From IMG/VR virus record IMGVR_UViG_3300022843_000001, positions 32,001-96,000 of that record: 64,000 nucleotides of DNA. One strand, written 5' to 3'. Of the stretch, positions 24,711 to 34,718 are shown piece after piece. Position 1 is the stretch's first letter; every line of letters starts with the position of its first letter. The position numbers were made by a program, and so were the translations under genes. The DNA is from a virus. Below the pieces are notes generated by a model. The model worked only from the letters and a program-made list of their open reading frames with translations. It was not told the DNA's origin and ran no database searches.

Positions 24711-24820
24711 ATAATTTTTTTTTCTCAATTTCCATACATGTATTATACCATGGTTGGGGTATAATGTCAATAACTAATTTTAGTTTAGTTATAATTAGTT
24801 GTTATATCGATATAACTAAT
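24711..24820 (-). repeat. Early promoter cassette copy
   Basis: -35 24765-24770, -10 24742-24747, perfect palindrome 24801-24816. Confidence 0.85.
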
Positions 24821-24834
24821 AGATAGGTCAATAT

Positions 24835-25272
24835 TCATCGCAAATGTAATAGGTTGAAATCAGGGCCGCAGAATTTATAGTCTAATGCCATCTGATCATC
24901 ACTCGTTCTTTTGTAGCGTTCGGCATAGTATAATATTTGTATACCTGCCTGACTTAAATGTTTCAGGCATTGTCTGCAAGGAGATAGAGTTGTATACATA
25001 GTGCCGCCTTCAATTGATAAGCCAGCCCGTGCGGCAAATATGATAGCATTCATTTCTGCATGAATTTCGTGATCTGCACTCCATGCAGAATGTGCCTCCC
25101 CTGATTCAGTCCATACATCACAACAGTTGGTATACCCTTTTGGTGTGCCGTTATAACCGGTTGATATAATGCGATCATCTTTGACTATAATCGCACCAAC
25201 TTGAACAGAGACGCACTTAGAACTGCGTGCAACTTCCCTTGCTATATTCATGTATTGGTGATTGCCTATCAC
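24835..25272 (-). CDS. cd: dCMP deaminase
   Basis: VGA.IVKD.RIISTGYNG, HAEMNAI, LSPC..C. Confidence 0.92.
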   Translation of the reverse strand: MIGNHQYMNIAREVARSSKCVSVQVGAIIVKDDRIISTGYNGTPKGYTNCCDVWTESGEAHSAWSADHEIHAEMNAIIFAARAGLSIEGGTMYTTLSPCRQCLKHLSQAGIQILYYAERYKRTSDDQMALDYKFCGPDFNLLHLR

Positions 25273-25496
25273 CAGAAGCCTCCTTCAAAATTATCAATGT
25301 CATCATTATTGTCATCAAAATTGTCTGAGGATAGATAATTGATCTCTGACTCTTTAACTACAACAGTTCGTTTAGATAACGCCCTGACCTTTGCTTTTAT
25401 GGCAAGCCGTTTCATTGTCAATTTAAATTCATCGCTTTTTTGTGTCTTGGCGACTGCGTCTGCAATGAGATCAATTCTAGTCATCAAAAACTCCAT
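25269..25496 (-). CDS. Hypothetical protein
   Basis: ORF track. Confidence 0.5.
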   Translation of the reverse strand: MEFLMTRIDLIADAVAKTQKSDEFKLTMKRLAIKAKVRALSKRTVVVKESEINYLSSDNFDDNNDDIDNFEGGFW

Positions 25497-25633
25497 CTTT
25501 CTTTAACTTCAATGTTCCAAAAATTACAGACACAACACCGACAATGGCAAAAGCCAAGATATACGCCAAATTTAGTTCTGGGTTATCAAGCATGGCAGAC
25601 GCCAATAATAAGGTAATTATTCCAAACACGAAT

Positions 25634-25801
25634 CTAATCATTTTCTTCATACCCTGGTTCGATTGACAATAACCCTTGTTTAGATTTAGGCACCTTAAGT
25701 TCTTTGATAGCGAAGATTTTGGCGGCGTATAGATCGCCGACGGATAAAGGTATCTCTATTTTCTTAGAGTTATAATATGCAATGTATCCAGTTTGTTTCA
25801 T
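25634..25801 (-). CDS. Small early protein, 55 aa (MKQTGYIAYYNSKKIEI...)
   Basis: Hand translation; directly behind cassette leader. Confidence 0.55.
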   Translation of the reverse strand: MKQTGYIAYYNSKKIEIPLSVGDLYAAKIFAIKELKVPKSKQGLLSIEPGYEEND

Positions 25802-25890
25802 AATTTAGTCTCTTTAATTAATTTATACATGTATTATACCATGGTTCGGGTATAATGTCAACAACTTTCTTATAACTTGTAGTTATAACC
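25802..25890 (-). repeat. Early promoter cassette copy
   Basis: -35 25856-25861, -10 25833-25838, IR spacer. Confidence 0.85.
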
Positions 25891-26409
25891 TTATAACATT
25901 TCTCTAGCTTGAGCGAGCAAAACAGAATCTGCCTTGGTCAATACATCCAGAAGCAATGCTTTTTCTTTCAAATAAACCTTTGCAAACTTGGGATCGTGTT
26001 CGATAATAGAAACACTGTTGTCTATCAAATCTGCGACCTTGATGTTATGTACATCAGCACTTGCGGCACCTAATCTTTCTCGGTCCATCTTCTTTCTAGC
26101 CGCCCTGTTAGGACTCACACCTTCGATAAATGGGTCATCAGACAATGCTTTGATCATATCATGTACCCTAGTACCAAATTCTTCTTGAATCATATCCAAG
26201 GTGACCTCAGTATCTTCAACTGTGTCGTGCAAGAAAGCAGCAGCGATTACATGTTCATCCGTGATACCTACCGAACGTAATGTCAGCGCTACATTAACCG
26301 GATGAAAGATATAAGGCTCTCCTGTGTATTTTCTTTTATGATATATGTCGCCGTGATATTTCCACGCGAACCAATATGCTTTTTCTGTTAGTGCAGTAGT
26401 AGTTGTCAT
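25891..26409 (-). CDS. SpoT/Mesh1-type HD hydrolase, paralog 3
   Basis: HKRKYTGEPYIFHP..VA, AAAFLHDTVEDT, IKVADLIDN. Confidence 0.88.
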   Translation of the reverse strand: MTTTTALTEKAYWFAWKYHGDIYHKRKYTGEPYIFHPVNVALTLRSVGITDEHVIAAAFLHDTVEDTEVTLDMIQEEFGTRVHDMIKALSDDPFIEGVSPNRAARKKMDRERLGAASADVHNIKVADLIDNSVSIIEHDPKFAKVYLKEKALLLDVLTKADSVLLAQAREML

Positions 26410-26495
26410 AATTTAAACTCTTTAATTTATATATGTATTATATCATAACCACGGGCTATGTCAACAACTTATTAGTTATATCGATATAATTAATA
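26410..26495 (-). repeat. Early promoter cassette copy
   Basis: -35 26459-26464, -10 26437-26442 (16-nt spacer), near-palindrome 26475-26490. Confidence 0.8.
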
Positions 26496-26496
26496 G

Positions 26497-26685
26497 TTAT
26501 AAAAATATATAACCATTGTAGTAACCCCAACCTAACCACAAAATGGCGCCAGTTACAATATATATTAAGATGTTGGGCATCATATATAAAAGTCTGACTA
26601 TCAAGACACAAATAAATATAATAAAAGCAATTTCGATAAATGGCGCAGCAATCTCTGGCCAAGTTAGATAACCATGTCTATTCAT
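26497..26685 (-). CDS. Small membrane protein
   Basis: Two TM segments. Confidence 0.5.
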   Translation of the reverse strand: MNRHGYLTWPEIAAPFIEIAFIIFICVLIVRLLYMMPNILIYIVTGAILWLGWGYYNGYIFL

Positions 26686-27046
26686 TGTTCATTCTCTGCC
26701 AACGGTTGGCTCTTTCAAAAAATTCTTTAGCGAACTTTTGTGGGTTTTTCAAATGTTCATCCGTGCCCATTTCGTCATCATATATTGTAGCAGTGCCGCT
26801 GTCGTTATAATATTCAACGTCAACTTTGAATGCAAAATGCATTTTGCCTTCTTCATCGGTAATTCTGGTAACAGGATGAATTCCAAGATATCCCACCTTC
26901 AAACTGCTTCGAGCATCGACAAGTGCCTCCACGATTGGTTGCAAGACAATCTCACCGACAGTATCTATCTCGAATGTTGTGTCTTCATATTTGCCTTCAT
27001 ATTTGCCTTCGTATTCGACAAGCAACGTTTTTGGATCTTTAATCAT
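26678..27046 (-). CDS. Hypothetical protein
   Basis: ORF track. Confidence 0.55.
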   Translation of the reverse strand: MIKDPKTLLVEYEGKYEGKYEDTTFEIDTVGEIVLQPIVEALVDARSSLKVGYLGIHPVTRITDEEGKMHFAFKVDVEYYNDSGTATIYDDEMGTDEHLKNPQKFAKEFFERANRWQRMNNE

Positions 27047-27363
27047 AAGTATCTAGCTCCATATACGTCCCAAGCAGTAACACAACCTTCATTTTCGTCA
27101 AAGACGTTTCCACGAACACCTTTAGCAGGGGCTTTCCAAGACGCGGCTTTAAGTATATCTCCATTCTCCAAATTCACAAAAGAGTGCACAGATTCGGGAT
27201 TAAATGTGTTGGGTTTACATTTGATAATCTTCGCGTATTTTTTGCCGTAAGATACATCAATATTAAAAACACCTATATCATATTTCATATTCACATAATG
27301 TTCAGCGGTGTGTTTTTCTAAAGTAATTCGCATTTTCTCGATCTGTTCTTTGACTGTATTCAT
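27043..27363 (-). CDS. Conserved phage early protein
   Basis: GKKY.KI....SVH.FV....GDI.KAASWKAPAKGVRGN. Confidence 0.7.
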   Translation of the reverse strand: MNTVKEQIEKMRITLEKHTAEHYVNMKYDIGVFNIDVSYGKKYAKIIKCKPNTFNPESVHSFVNLENGDILKAASWKAPAKGVRGNVFDENEGCVTAWDVYGARYL

Positions 27364-27450
27364 AATTTAGTCTCTTCAATTAATTTATACAACTATTATA
27401 CCATAGGTGTAATACAATGTCAACAACTTATTAGTTATAACGATATAATT
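27364..27450 (-). repeat. Early promoter cassette copy
   Basis: -35 27418-27423, -10 27395-27400, full leader. Confidence 0.85.
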
Positions 27451-27733
27451 AGTAGTAATAACGGCGAGAATCATCGGTGTTTTCGAAATTCCACCGACTT
27501 GTCTCAGGTTGCCACTCGCGAACGCCAACACTCTTCTCGGTGCCAGCAGTAGAATCTTTCATTGATTGTTTGTCAAGATAATTATATCCTGCGTAGTTTC
27601 CTGTAGCGTGTAATATTGTTTCTAGCAAAGCATATTGCCCTATGCGAAAGTCTTTATAGTCGTCACAGCTATTAAGCAACGCATCATTAACTATGTTTTT
27701 AATTTCATCAACACTAAAAGTTTTTCTGGACAT
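27449..27733 (-). CDS. Early hypothetical protein (true start MSRKTF)
   Basis: Behind cassette leader. Confidence 0.6.
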   Translation of the reverse strand: MSRKTFSVDEIKNIVNDALLNSCDDYKDFRIGQYALLETILHATGNYAGYNYLDKQSMKDSTAGTEKSVGVREWQPETSRWNFENTDDSRRYYY

Positions 27734-27850
27734 AATATGGGACTCTTCAATTAATTTATACATGTATTATACCATGGTTGGGGTATAATGTCAACAACTA
27801 ACTTGGAAATTTTTAGAACTTGGAAATATATCGATATAACTTAGAGTTAT
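27734..27850 (-). repeat. Early promoter cassette copy
   Basis: -35 27789-27794, -10 27766-27771; core identical to 24742-24770. Confidence 0.85.
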
Positions 27851-27919
27851 ATGGTGGAACTTGAAAAAACTTGTATAGAGTAGGGTTATCCTACACAAGT
27901 TATATTACATGCAGCGTAC

Positions 27920-28228
27920 TCAGTTGTCAACTTTCGCGCCAGCACGCCATTGATAACAGCTCCAATACTTTGCTTTCCACTTTGGTCCTGGGTCCTTATC
28001 ACAGCCGTGTCTTGCTCGGAAAGATTTACGTCTAGCAGGGTCGTCTCTTTTGATTTCCATGTTTGGGTCACCAAAAGTAACCTTAACTACGTTATCTTTA
28101 TCATTTTTAACGTAAACGCCAAATTTTTTGGTAGACCCTGAAGGCAACCTAAAAGGGTCATTTAACTTTACTTTCTTTCCTTGATACTCATTATCTTCGA
28201 GCATTGTGTAATCAAGAAACGATTTCAT
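27920..28228 (-). CDS. Putative head internal protein (RRKSFRARH.C...A.YWSC family)
   Basis: MKSFLDYTMLE start; basic conserved motif. Confidence 0.65.
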   Translation of the reverse strand: MKSFLDYTMLEDNEYQGKKVKLNDPFRLPSGSTKKFGVYVKNDKDNVVKVTFGDPNMEIKRDDPARRKSFRARHGCDKDPGPKWKAKYWSCYQWRAGAKVDN

Positions 28229-28331
28229 CAACCTACCCAGACACAGTATTGAGAAGCAGTAGCAACTGCTTGGCATGCCTGCAAAGTTGCGTATTCCGCG
28301 ATTGCTATTCCTTCGTGCATTAAATTATACA

Positions 28332-28577
28332 TTATATTTTATCCTTTGCGTCACAAGATGCGCCAGACAACATATTGGCGACTTGTACTTTTAGTACGAT
28401 TATTTCATTCATCTTAGTTTGTTCTGCTCGAAGACCACCTATTTCGAGGTTCATAGTCTGTAGTTCTTGATTCTGTTCGTAGTATCCATACCCAAACAAG
28501 GCAGAGAGTATAATAAATACAGATAGTGGTTTTTTAACCAGTAATTCTATTATAGCATTGTAATTCATAGAGAACAT
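28332..28577 (-). CDS. Membrane-anchored coiled-coil protein
   Basis: N-terminal TM, AGGA RBS, late promoter upstream. Confidence 0.55.
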   Translation of the reverse strand: MFSMNYNAIIELLVKKPLSVFIILSALFGYGYYEQNQELQTMNLEIGGLRAEQTKMNEIIVLKVQVANMLSGASCDAKDKI

Positions 28578-28599
28578 CCTTCGTTTTCTATATTTATAG

Positions 28600-28626
28600 A
28601 AAAAGGACCTTTAGTAGGTCCTTTTT
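28600..28626. terminator. Bidirectional intrinsic terminator
   Basis: AAAAAGGACCT-TTAGT-AGGTCCTTTTT. Confidence 0.8.
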
Positions 28627-28631
28627 CGATA

Positions 28632-28705
28632 TGGCGAAGAGCTAAGGAATCGAACCCCAAATTTCAGCGTTGGAAACTGATGTGTTACCATTACACCAAC
28701 TCAAC
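28632..28705 (-). tRNA. Solo tRNA-Trp(CCA), two acceptor mismatches
   Basis: TCAGT-TTCCAAC-GCTGA, G73, CCA. Confidence 0.7.
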
Positions 28706-28709
28706 TTAA

Positions 28710-28955
28710 TTATGCAGAGACTATATAATTATCCGGAGAGAACACCTTATCGGCATCGGCTGCATTAACTTGAAATTTATGCGTTCGATTTGATTCACTA
28801 AAACCATGAGCGGCACTTACACGTCCACGAATTTTTGTATAACCATTGAATGAATGAACTCGAGCTACTCGATAGCCGGCGTTAGTTTTAGGTGCAACGT
28901 CTGCGCGACGAAGTTCGCCGTTAGGCATACGGACTGTTATTAATGTTGTAATCAT
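28710..28955 (-). CDS. Hypothetical protein
   Basis: Behind promoter 28986-29014. Confidence 0.55.
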   Translation of the reverse strand: MITTLITVRMPNGELRRADVAPKTNAGYRVARVHSFNGYTKIRGRVSAAHGFSESNRTHKFQVNAADADKVFSPDNYIVSA

Positions 28956-29015
28956 ACTATTTTTTCCTTTCATTATTAAGATACCATTATATCACAAACG
29001 AATGTGTTTGTCAAT

Positions 29016-29819
29016 CTATTTGTCACGAATCTTGTTATTCTTTTCTACCGCGGAAGTAAGTACACCGAGCTCGGAACCCATGAGCTTTGCATAAGATAAC
29101 AAAGCGGAGGTGTCCTTGGGGAAGCAATGTCCACCAAATCCACGATCACCATCAGGTCCAGGGACTTTCATATGAGAAGCACCGACTCTAGAGTCTCGTG
29201 TCAGCATATCGGTAAACTGGGGCCAAGTGGTTTTAGTGTTAGTCTTTTTATGAAGTTCGTGAAGTTCATTCATGAAGGTCACCTTGGTAGACAACCAACT
29301 ATTAATTGTATACTTCAGAAGACTTGCGGAAGCAATATCTACCTTAAATGTAGGAACGACCTTTACCCTACTATGGTTAAGATATGCTCTTTCGACAACT
29401 TCGCAGAGCTCGAAATATCCACCTAGTACTTGCATTGGTGGATTACAGAAGTCCCAATGGGCATTGGCTTCGGTGAGAAATTCTGGATTGTATACAATTT
29501 TTAAATTGTAGTTTGAGACCATCAGTCGAAGATGGTCTGGAGTGATCGTACTCTTGATAACAACGATGCCTCGATATTCCAATTGTTCGAGCTGGAATAA
29601 TGTCTCATAAGTTATAGATGCATCCACTTCGCCGTCTTCTCTTTGTGGTGTTGGAAGGCATAAAAATATGATTTGGGGTTGTGCAAGAGCACAGTCTTCT
29701 AAGCTGAGAGTGGTGTGTCTAGGGTCAACTATTAGTTGATCGACATTGACATTAAATCCATGGGACACACTACCACCGACAAATCCTTTGCCGACAATAC
29801 CTAAAGTTAGTTGTTTCAT
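29016..29819 (-). CDS. UDP-glucose 6-dehydrogenase-like (short form, no C-terminal domain)
   Basis: GIVGKGFVG, CLPTP, VIKSTI.P, YNPEFL.E, FGGHCFPKD. Confidence 0.85.
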   Translation of the reverse strand: MKQLTLGIVGKGFVGGSVSHGFNVNVDQLIVDPRHTTLSLEDCALAQPQIIFLCLPTPQREDGEVDASITYETLFQLEQLEYRGIVVIKSTITPDHLRLMVSNYNLKIVYNPEFLTEANAHWDFCNPPMQVLGGYFELCEVVERAYLNHSRVKVVPTFKVDIASASLLKYTINSWLSTKVTFMNELHELHKKTNTKTTWPQFTDMLTRDSRVGASHMKVPGPDGDRGFGGHCFPKDTSALLSYAKLMGSELGVLTSAVEKNNKIRDK

Positions 29820-30019
29820 AATCTAATCACCTTTGATCTATTAATAATATAAGTTCATTATAACACGGATGGTTCTATTTGTCAATCTTTATTTAATAAT
29901 TTTTCTATGTACATTTGTCTTGTTGTGTGATATAATAGTTATATCACCTAATTTTAATATTGCGTATGAAGCTTTTAGAAATACAACGACAATTACAATT
30001 ATCACTAATTCTATCATTA

Positions 30020-30310
30020 TTATACACCTTTGATGCCGAAAAGATAAGATATCGACAAAATAATTGCCGTACCCGCGATTGATACCCCTAACCATTTTAT
30101 AGCAGAGCCAATTAAAACTTGACTTACCATTTCTAACTCAAGCTTTCTAATTCTATCTAGCACATCTTCTTCTTTAAAGTGTGCTAGATGTATAGATAGT
30201 TTGTCTACTGCTCTTTCTAATTTACTAGCTATGTCAGATGCTCGTTCCTCTTGAATTTCTAGCTGACGAAGTCTATGCAATACATCATTATTATTATTAT
30301 CATCCGACAT
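30020..30310 (-). CDS. Coiled-coil protein with C-terminal TM
   Basis: GGAG RBS; ORF track. Confidence 0.55.
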   Translation of the reverse strand: MSDDNNNNDVLHRLRQLEIQEERASDIASKLERAVDKLSIHLAHFKEEDVLDRIRKLELEMVSQVLIGSAIKWLGVSIAGTAIILSISYLFGIKGV

Positions 30311-30359
30311 AAAGTGCTCCTTGTCTTATGTAAATGATTATATTTATAAGACTTAAATT

Positions 30360-31676
30360 CTATTTAAAATTTAAGTCCCAAAGGAATTCATCTTTGGTCG
30401 TGGTGGATTTCCAATATTCACCTTCAGCTTTTATGTTTTCTATCTGGGTTTTCAATTCATCTACCATCTCTTTGGTTAAAGTCATGATATTAAGACGCAG
30501 CAATTTGTCGCAGTCGTCGTCGGATGCCTTCATGAATGATTGAATTTGTTTGACAACCTTTGCTTTAGTGCTACCTTTAAACTTAACCTCGTCGGCAAGC
30601 ACAGCATTTATAAAAGCGCGTTTAATAAGCAACCATCGCATTTGTTCCTGCAATTTTTCAATCTTAGTTTTGATACGCAGATCAAGCACACCCATCTTGA
30701 ATTCAATAAAATCCTTTATTAAATCCCGCTCGTCAGTATATTCTTTAAGATTCCCTTCTGCATCAATCACAGTAATATTCTCTGCATATGATTTTTCAAG
30801 TTTAAACATCTTCTGAATCTTTGCATCAGTGTCTAAAGTTTTGGCAACCTTGTTGCTTAGGTGAATTTCAAACTGAAAACCATGTGTAGAACACTGATCT
30901 GAATATCTAACTATATTGCCATCATCTTCGATCTTATCAAGTATTTTGATATATGTCTCACGATCATAGCCGTATGGAATTTCAGTGATAATAAGTTTGG
31001 TAGAAGATGGGCGTTTGAATATCCCGTAAGATAAGAACCGGTCAGAAATAGGGTCGTATGATGTAGCACCTTCAAAGTCTGGAAATGTAATAGGCAAACG
31101 ATTAGTTATCTTTCCTTTGGAGATATATTCTTTACATGCTTTTATTATGTCTTTCTCGCTGCGCGGTAGTATATTGGTCGCAAATCCTGTCGCAATACCC
31201 TTTATGCCATTGGTCAAGACCAGTGGTATAACTGGAAGGTAATATTGAGGAGGAAGATGCTCTGGGTCTTCATGCTCTGGAGACAAGTCAATATCCTTGA
31301 TGTATTTGTTGAAGTTTGCGTGTAGTCGTGTGTAGACATAGCGAGCTGCGCCTGCCGCCTGTATCTGACGAGTACCAAACGAACCTCTACCTTCGATCAA
31401 ACAAATATTGTTGTTCCAATTGGCAGCCATCAACTGCCCTGCGCCTGCAGCAGAAGTTTCGCCGTGATTATAACCATAATCAGATATGATGCCCGATATA
31501 GCAGAGACCTTTTTGAACTCTTTGGATGAGTTCACAATCGACGAATAGAGATAGAAGCGCTGCACTGGTTTTAAACCATCCACAGCACTTGGAATTGCTC
31601 GATTCTCGATTGTGTACTTTGCAAAGTCTTTCATTTCATTATTTGCAATGTCTGTCAGAGAGTATATATTAATCAT
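30360..31676 (-). CDS. gp52: Type II topoisomerase medium (GyrA-like) subunit
   Basis: RAIP..VDGLKPVQR, Y.HGE.S, G.FG....AAARY. Confidence 0.95.
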   Translation of the reverse strand: MINIYSLTDIANNEMKDFAKYTIENRAIPSAVDGLKPVQRFYLYSSIVNSSKEFKKVSAISGIISDYGYNHGETSAAGAGQLMAANWNNNICLIEGRGSFGTRQIQAAGAARYVYTRLHANFNKYIKDIDLSPEHEDPEHLPPQYYLPVIPLVLTNGIKGIATGFATNILPRSEKDIIKACKEYISKGKITNRLPITFPDFEGATSYDPISDRFLSYGIFKRPSSTKLIITEIPYGYDRETYIKILDKIEDDGNIVRYSDQCSTHGFQFEIHLSNKVAKTLDTDAKIQKMFKLEKSYAENITVIDAEGNLKEYTDERDLIKDFIEFKMGVLDLRIKTKIEKLQEQMRWLLIKRAFINAVLADEVKFKGSTKAKVVKQIQSFMKASDDDCDKLLRLNIMTLTKEMVDELKTQIENIKAEGEYWKSTTTKDEFLWDLNFK

Positions 31677-32477
31677 TTATAGTTCCACCGTAAAAGATGC
31701 ATCAAAATCTGGATTTAAATCAGTAGGATAATATCCTCGAGGATTACATATCACCCGAGTATTTCCAATTTGATAGTCGCTTGTGTTGTGTAAATGCCCA
31801 TGAACCCAGAGCTCTGGTTGTGCTTCTCCCAAATCTATTACATGTTCGAATAGCTCAGTGCAATAGGCACCATTCAAAGAACTATTTTTGTAGTTATCAG
31901 ATACAGATTGAAACGATGGCGCCATATGTGTTACTACCACCACCTTGTTTCCTTTTTCTTTTTCAATCTTTATTAGTTCCATAATATAGATTTTAGAAGA
32001 CATATGATCTTGTATTGTATCTATTGGTGTCAACTTACGCTTCCAAGGTTCGTCCAAGGTGCCTGTCCTTATAGTGCTATAATCATTCATACCGCACTGT
32101 GCATCATGCATAGTCATTACATTGTGGCCATCCATATCAGACCACAAAGTTGCACCAATAAATGCAACATCTTCTAGCCGCGTGACGCCCTTTTCTAAAA
32201 CACTCACATTATCAAATTCTATTAGTTCGTTTGATATGCGATTATGTGTAGTTGGAAAGTTTGTCCCGTAATGCTCATGATTTCCAAGCACAAATATAAC
32301 TTCTTTGAAGCGATAAGACATTTCTTCGATGAAATATCTATAGGACGATTTACGTTTAGCAAGGCCAATATCTCCTGCAAGAACAAGAACCGTATCTTTG
32401 TCTTGAGGTAGATCGGGGATTTCCATATCGCCTTGACTAAACTCAAGATGTAAATCTGACATTATTCTAATTTTCAT
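31677..32477 (-). CDS. Calcineurin-like metallophosphoesterase
   Basis: SDLHLEF, LAGDI, GNHEHY, THMAP, HGHLH. Confidence 0.85.
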   Translation of the reverse strand: MKIRIMSDLHLEFSQGDMEIPDLPQDKDTVLVLAGDIGLAKRKSSYRYFIEEMSYRFKEVIFVLGNHEHYGTNFPTTHNRISNELIEFDNVSVLEKGVTRLEDVAFIGATLWSDMDGHNVMTMHDAQCGMNDYSTIRTGTLDEPWKRKLTPIDTIQDHMSSKIYIMELIKIEKEKGNKVVVVTHMAPSFQSVSDNYKNSSLNGAYCTELFEHVIDLGEAQPELWVHGHLHNTSDYQIGNTRVICNPRGYYPTDLNPDFDASFTVEL

Positions 32478-32781
32478 TTTTTACAGTCCCATCATCTTGT
32501 AACAAAACTAAGAAAGGAGCAAGGTCACCTGTCCATTTGCTTTCATGACCGCATTGGCCGCACGAACAAACATAATAAGATAATTCATTCATGTTTACAG
32601 GATCATAAAATCTTTTTTTGTGTTTATATTTAACTCCTGAAACACTGAACCACTCGTTACAGCTAGGACATTTAATGTCTGTCCCTGTTCTTTTTAAATG
32701 CCGTTTGGTTACTTGATCATAGAAATAGGAATATAAGCGCGTATGCAGCTTGTCTATTATATTTTGAGGCTTCACATTCAT
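32467..32781 (-). CDS. Early zinc-binding hypothetical protein
   Basis: CPSC...CGQCGH; behind cassette. Confidence 0.55.
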   Translation of the reverse strand: MNVKPQNIIDKLHTRLYSYFYDQVTKRHLKRTGTDIKCPSCNEWFSVSGVKYKHKKRFYDPVNMNELSYYVCSCGQCGHESKWTGDLAPFLVLLQDDGTVKNEN

Positions 32782-32890
32782 ATCGTCACAATCCTTAATT
32801 TCTATACATGTATTATACCATAGTCGCGGCACAATGTCAATAACTAATTTCAGTTTAGTTAGAATTAGTTGTTATATCGATATAACTATT
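32782..32890 (-). repeat. Early promoter cassette copy
   Basis: -35 32835-32840, -10 32812-32817, perfect palindrome 32871-32886. Confidence 0.85.
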
Positions 32891-34718
32891 GTGTTAACCA
32901 AACCTTTCTTAATGCAGGGTCAGCGCCAAACATTATTTCAAATTGATTTTCGTCATCAATAGATATAGTTGAAAATTCTGGTTTGTTGATTATATCGTAA
33001 TATTCCTCCTCGGTTAATGAAGCAAGACCTTTTATATATCTGTGATGATACCCAGCACTAGACTTGTTTGATTTGAATTCTTTGGCATCCTTATAAGAAT
33101 AGAACCAAGAAGCGGTCTTCTTATTAGAAGAAATCATAATAGGTGTTCGAGTAAGATGCACTCGCTTTTCGTCGTATAACCGCGGCCAGAATTTGTAGAA
33201 GAATGCAATTAGCAATCCACCGATATGGTTGCCGTCATGGTCTGCGTCTGCAAGTATGGCAATATTCCGGTAGGTCATATCATCAATGCTGTCTGGGTCG
33301 TTGATATTTAAACCAAGAACCGCGACCAATTCGCCTAACTCTTTATTCTTTAGAACATCGGCAGGTTTCATGTTCCAAGTATTCATTACAACACCGCGCA
33401 ATGGAAAACCACCTACAGTCTTGGGATTACGAACCTTTAACAAATAACCAATCGCGGAGTCACCTTCACATAGAAATAAGGTACCTGTAGTACCTGAAGC
33501 TGCAATGTGTTTCGGCACCTTAATCTTTCTAAGTTTCTTTTGTGCAAGTGTTGCCGCTCTATTATCAGCCGCCAGCTTCTTGGCCAACTGCGCTTCAACG
33601 ATAGGTCCAATAATATCATCTGAACCCATTATTTTCTTAGCAATCTTTTCGAAATCAATAACACCTGTTTTGTTGTAGTGTTCCTTAACTCCGGTTATAT
33701 TCGACGTTAGACGTTCCTTTGTCTGTGAATCGTAGTTAGGGTCGGTAAAATTGCGGGCAAACATGACAAAGGTAAGACCATTCTTGATCGTAGATTTGGT
33801 CACATCAATTTTAAATTTGCGTTTCACCAACTTGGCCAATATCTCCACAATCTCATTTATGATGTAATCAACATAAGTACCACCCATGCGAGTATTAACA
33901 CCATTGATATATGACGTAGTCTTGAACCCGTCTTCAGACGAAGTGATGAAATAGGTCAAATCGGTTGTCACGTTGAAAACTGTGCTTGCATCAGGGTCAG
34001 TCTGAAACAACTGAGCATATTTCTTTATATTAGATTCTTTAATACGAGTCTTGTTGAATTTGAATTTGATTTCAGGGAATGCAATCTGTAGGCTCGTTAA
34101 TCGATCTTGAATCAACTCCTCAGTATTAACGTCTGATATGTTATCAATACCGAACAATGCAAAGTCAGGGGTAAATGTAACTCTAGTACCGCTACCTTCC
34201 TTAGTTGAGTTAGAAACATCAATACTATTTGCACCATCCTTGCATTGCACTTTAACAAGATTTTTCTTCTGCCATGTTTCACCAATGAATTTCGAAGACA
34301 TAAAATTGGTACATGCAGAACCTACACCGTTGGCGCCAATCGTGGTACGTTCATCATCAAACGATGTACCCGCGTTAGTTTTTGTCCATGCAGCAACAGG
34401 CCTGACTACTTTATCACCAGTATGGTCTGTTACCATCTCTTGAGGTATACCGCGACCATTATCTTCGATAGTGATTGCATTACCTTTAACTGACACTGAA
34501 ATTTGGTTGGCGTGTTTGAATTTGGTCCGGATGGATTCATCAATTGCATTATCAATGATCTCGTCTACCATCTTGTTTAAGGCAGGAACATAATTAATAG
34601 ACTTCCATTTGCCCACGACAAAGCGCTCAAGACTTTCAGATGCAGTAGAACCAAGATACATCCCAGGCCTAGTGCGTACATGTTCGCGAGGGGATAATAT
34701 TTTAAACTCTTCTTTCAT
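32886..34718 (-). CDS. gp39: Type II topoisomerase large subunit (gp39+gp60 fused)
   Basis: EHV..RP.MY.GS, DEIIDNAID, DNGRGIP, G.NGVG, EGDSA, PLRG, DADHDG, YIKGL. Confidence 0.95.
   Translation of the reverse strand: MKEEFKILSPREHVRTRPGMYLGSTASESLERFVVGKWKSINYVPALNKMVDEIIDNAIDESIRTKFKHANQISVSVKGNAITIEDNGRGIPQEMVTDHTGDKVVRPVAAWTKTNAGTSFDDERTTIGANGVGSACTNFMSSKFIGETWQKKNLVKVQCKDGANSIDVSNSTKEGSGTRVTFTPDFALFGIDNISDVNTEELIQDRLTSLQIAFPEIKFKFNKTRIKESNIKKYAQLFQTDPDASTVFNVTTDLTYFITSSEDGFKTTSYINGVNTRMGGTYVDYIINEIVEILAKLVKRKFKIDVTKSTIKNGLTFVMFARNFTDPNYDSQTKERLTSNITGVKEHYNKTGVIDFEKIAKKIMGSDDIIGPIVEAQLAKKLAADNRAATLAQKKLRKIKVPKHIAASGTTGTLFLCEGDSAIGYLLKVRNPKTVGGFPLRGVVMNTWNMKPADVLKNKELGELVAVLGLNINDPDSIDDMTYRNIAILADADHDGNHIGGLLIAFFYKFWPRLYDEKRVHLTRTPIMISSNKKTASWFYSYKDAKEFKSNKSSAGYHHRYIKGLASLTEEEYYDIINKPEFSTISIDDENQFEIMFGADPALRKVWLTQ

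Noticed and set aside
32886-34718. Fused gp39/gp60 without ribosomal bypass
   Set aside because: Fusion is the common state outside T4 itself
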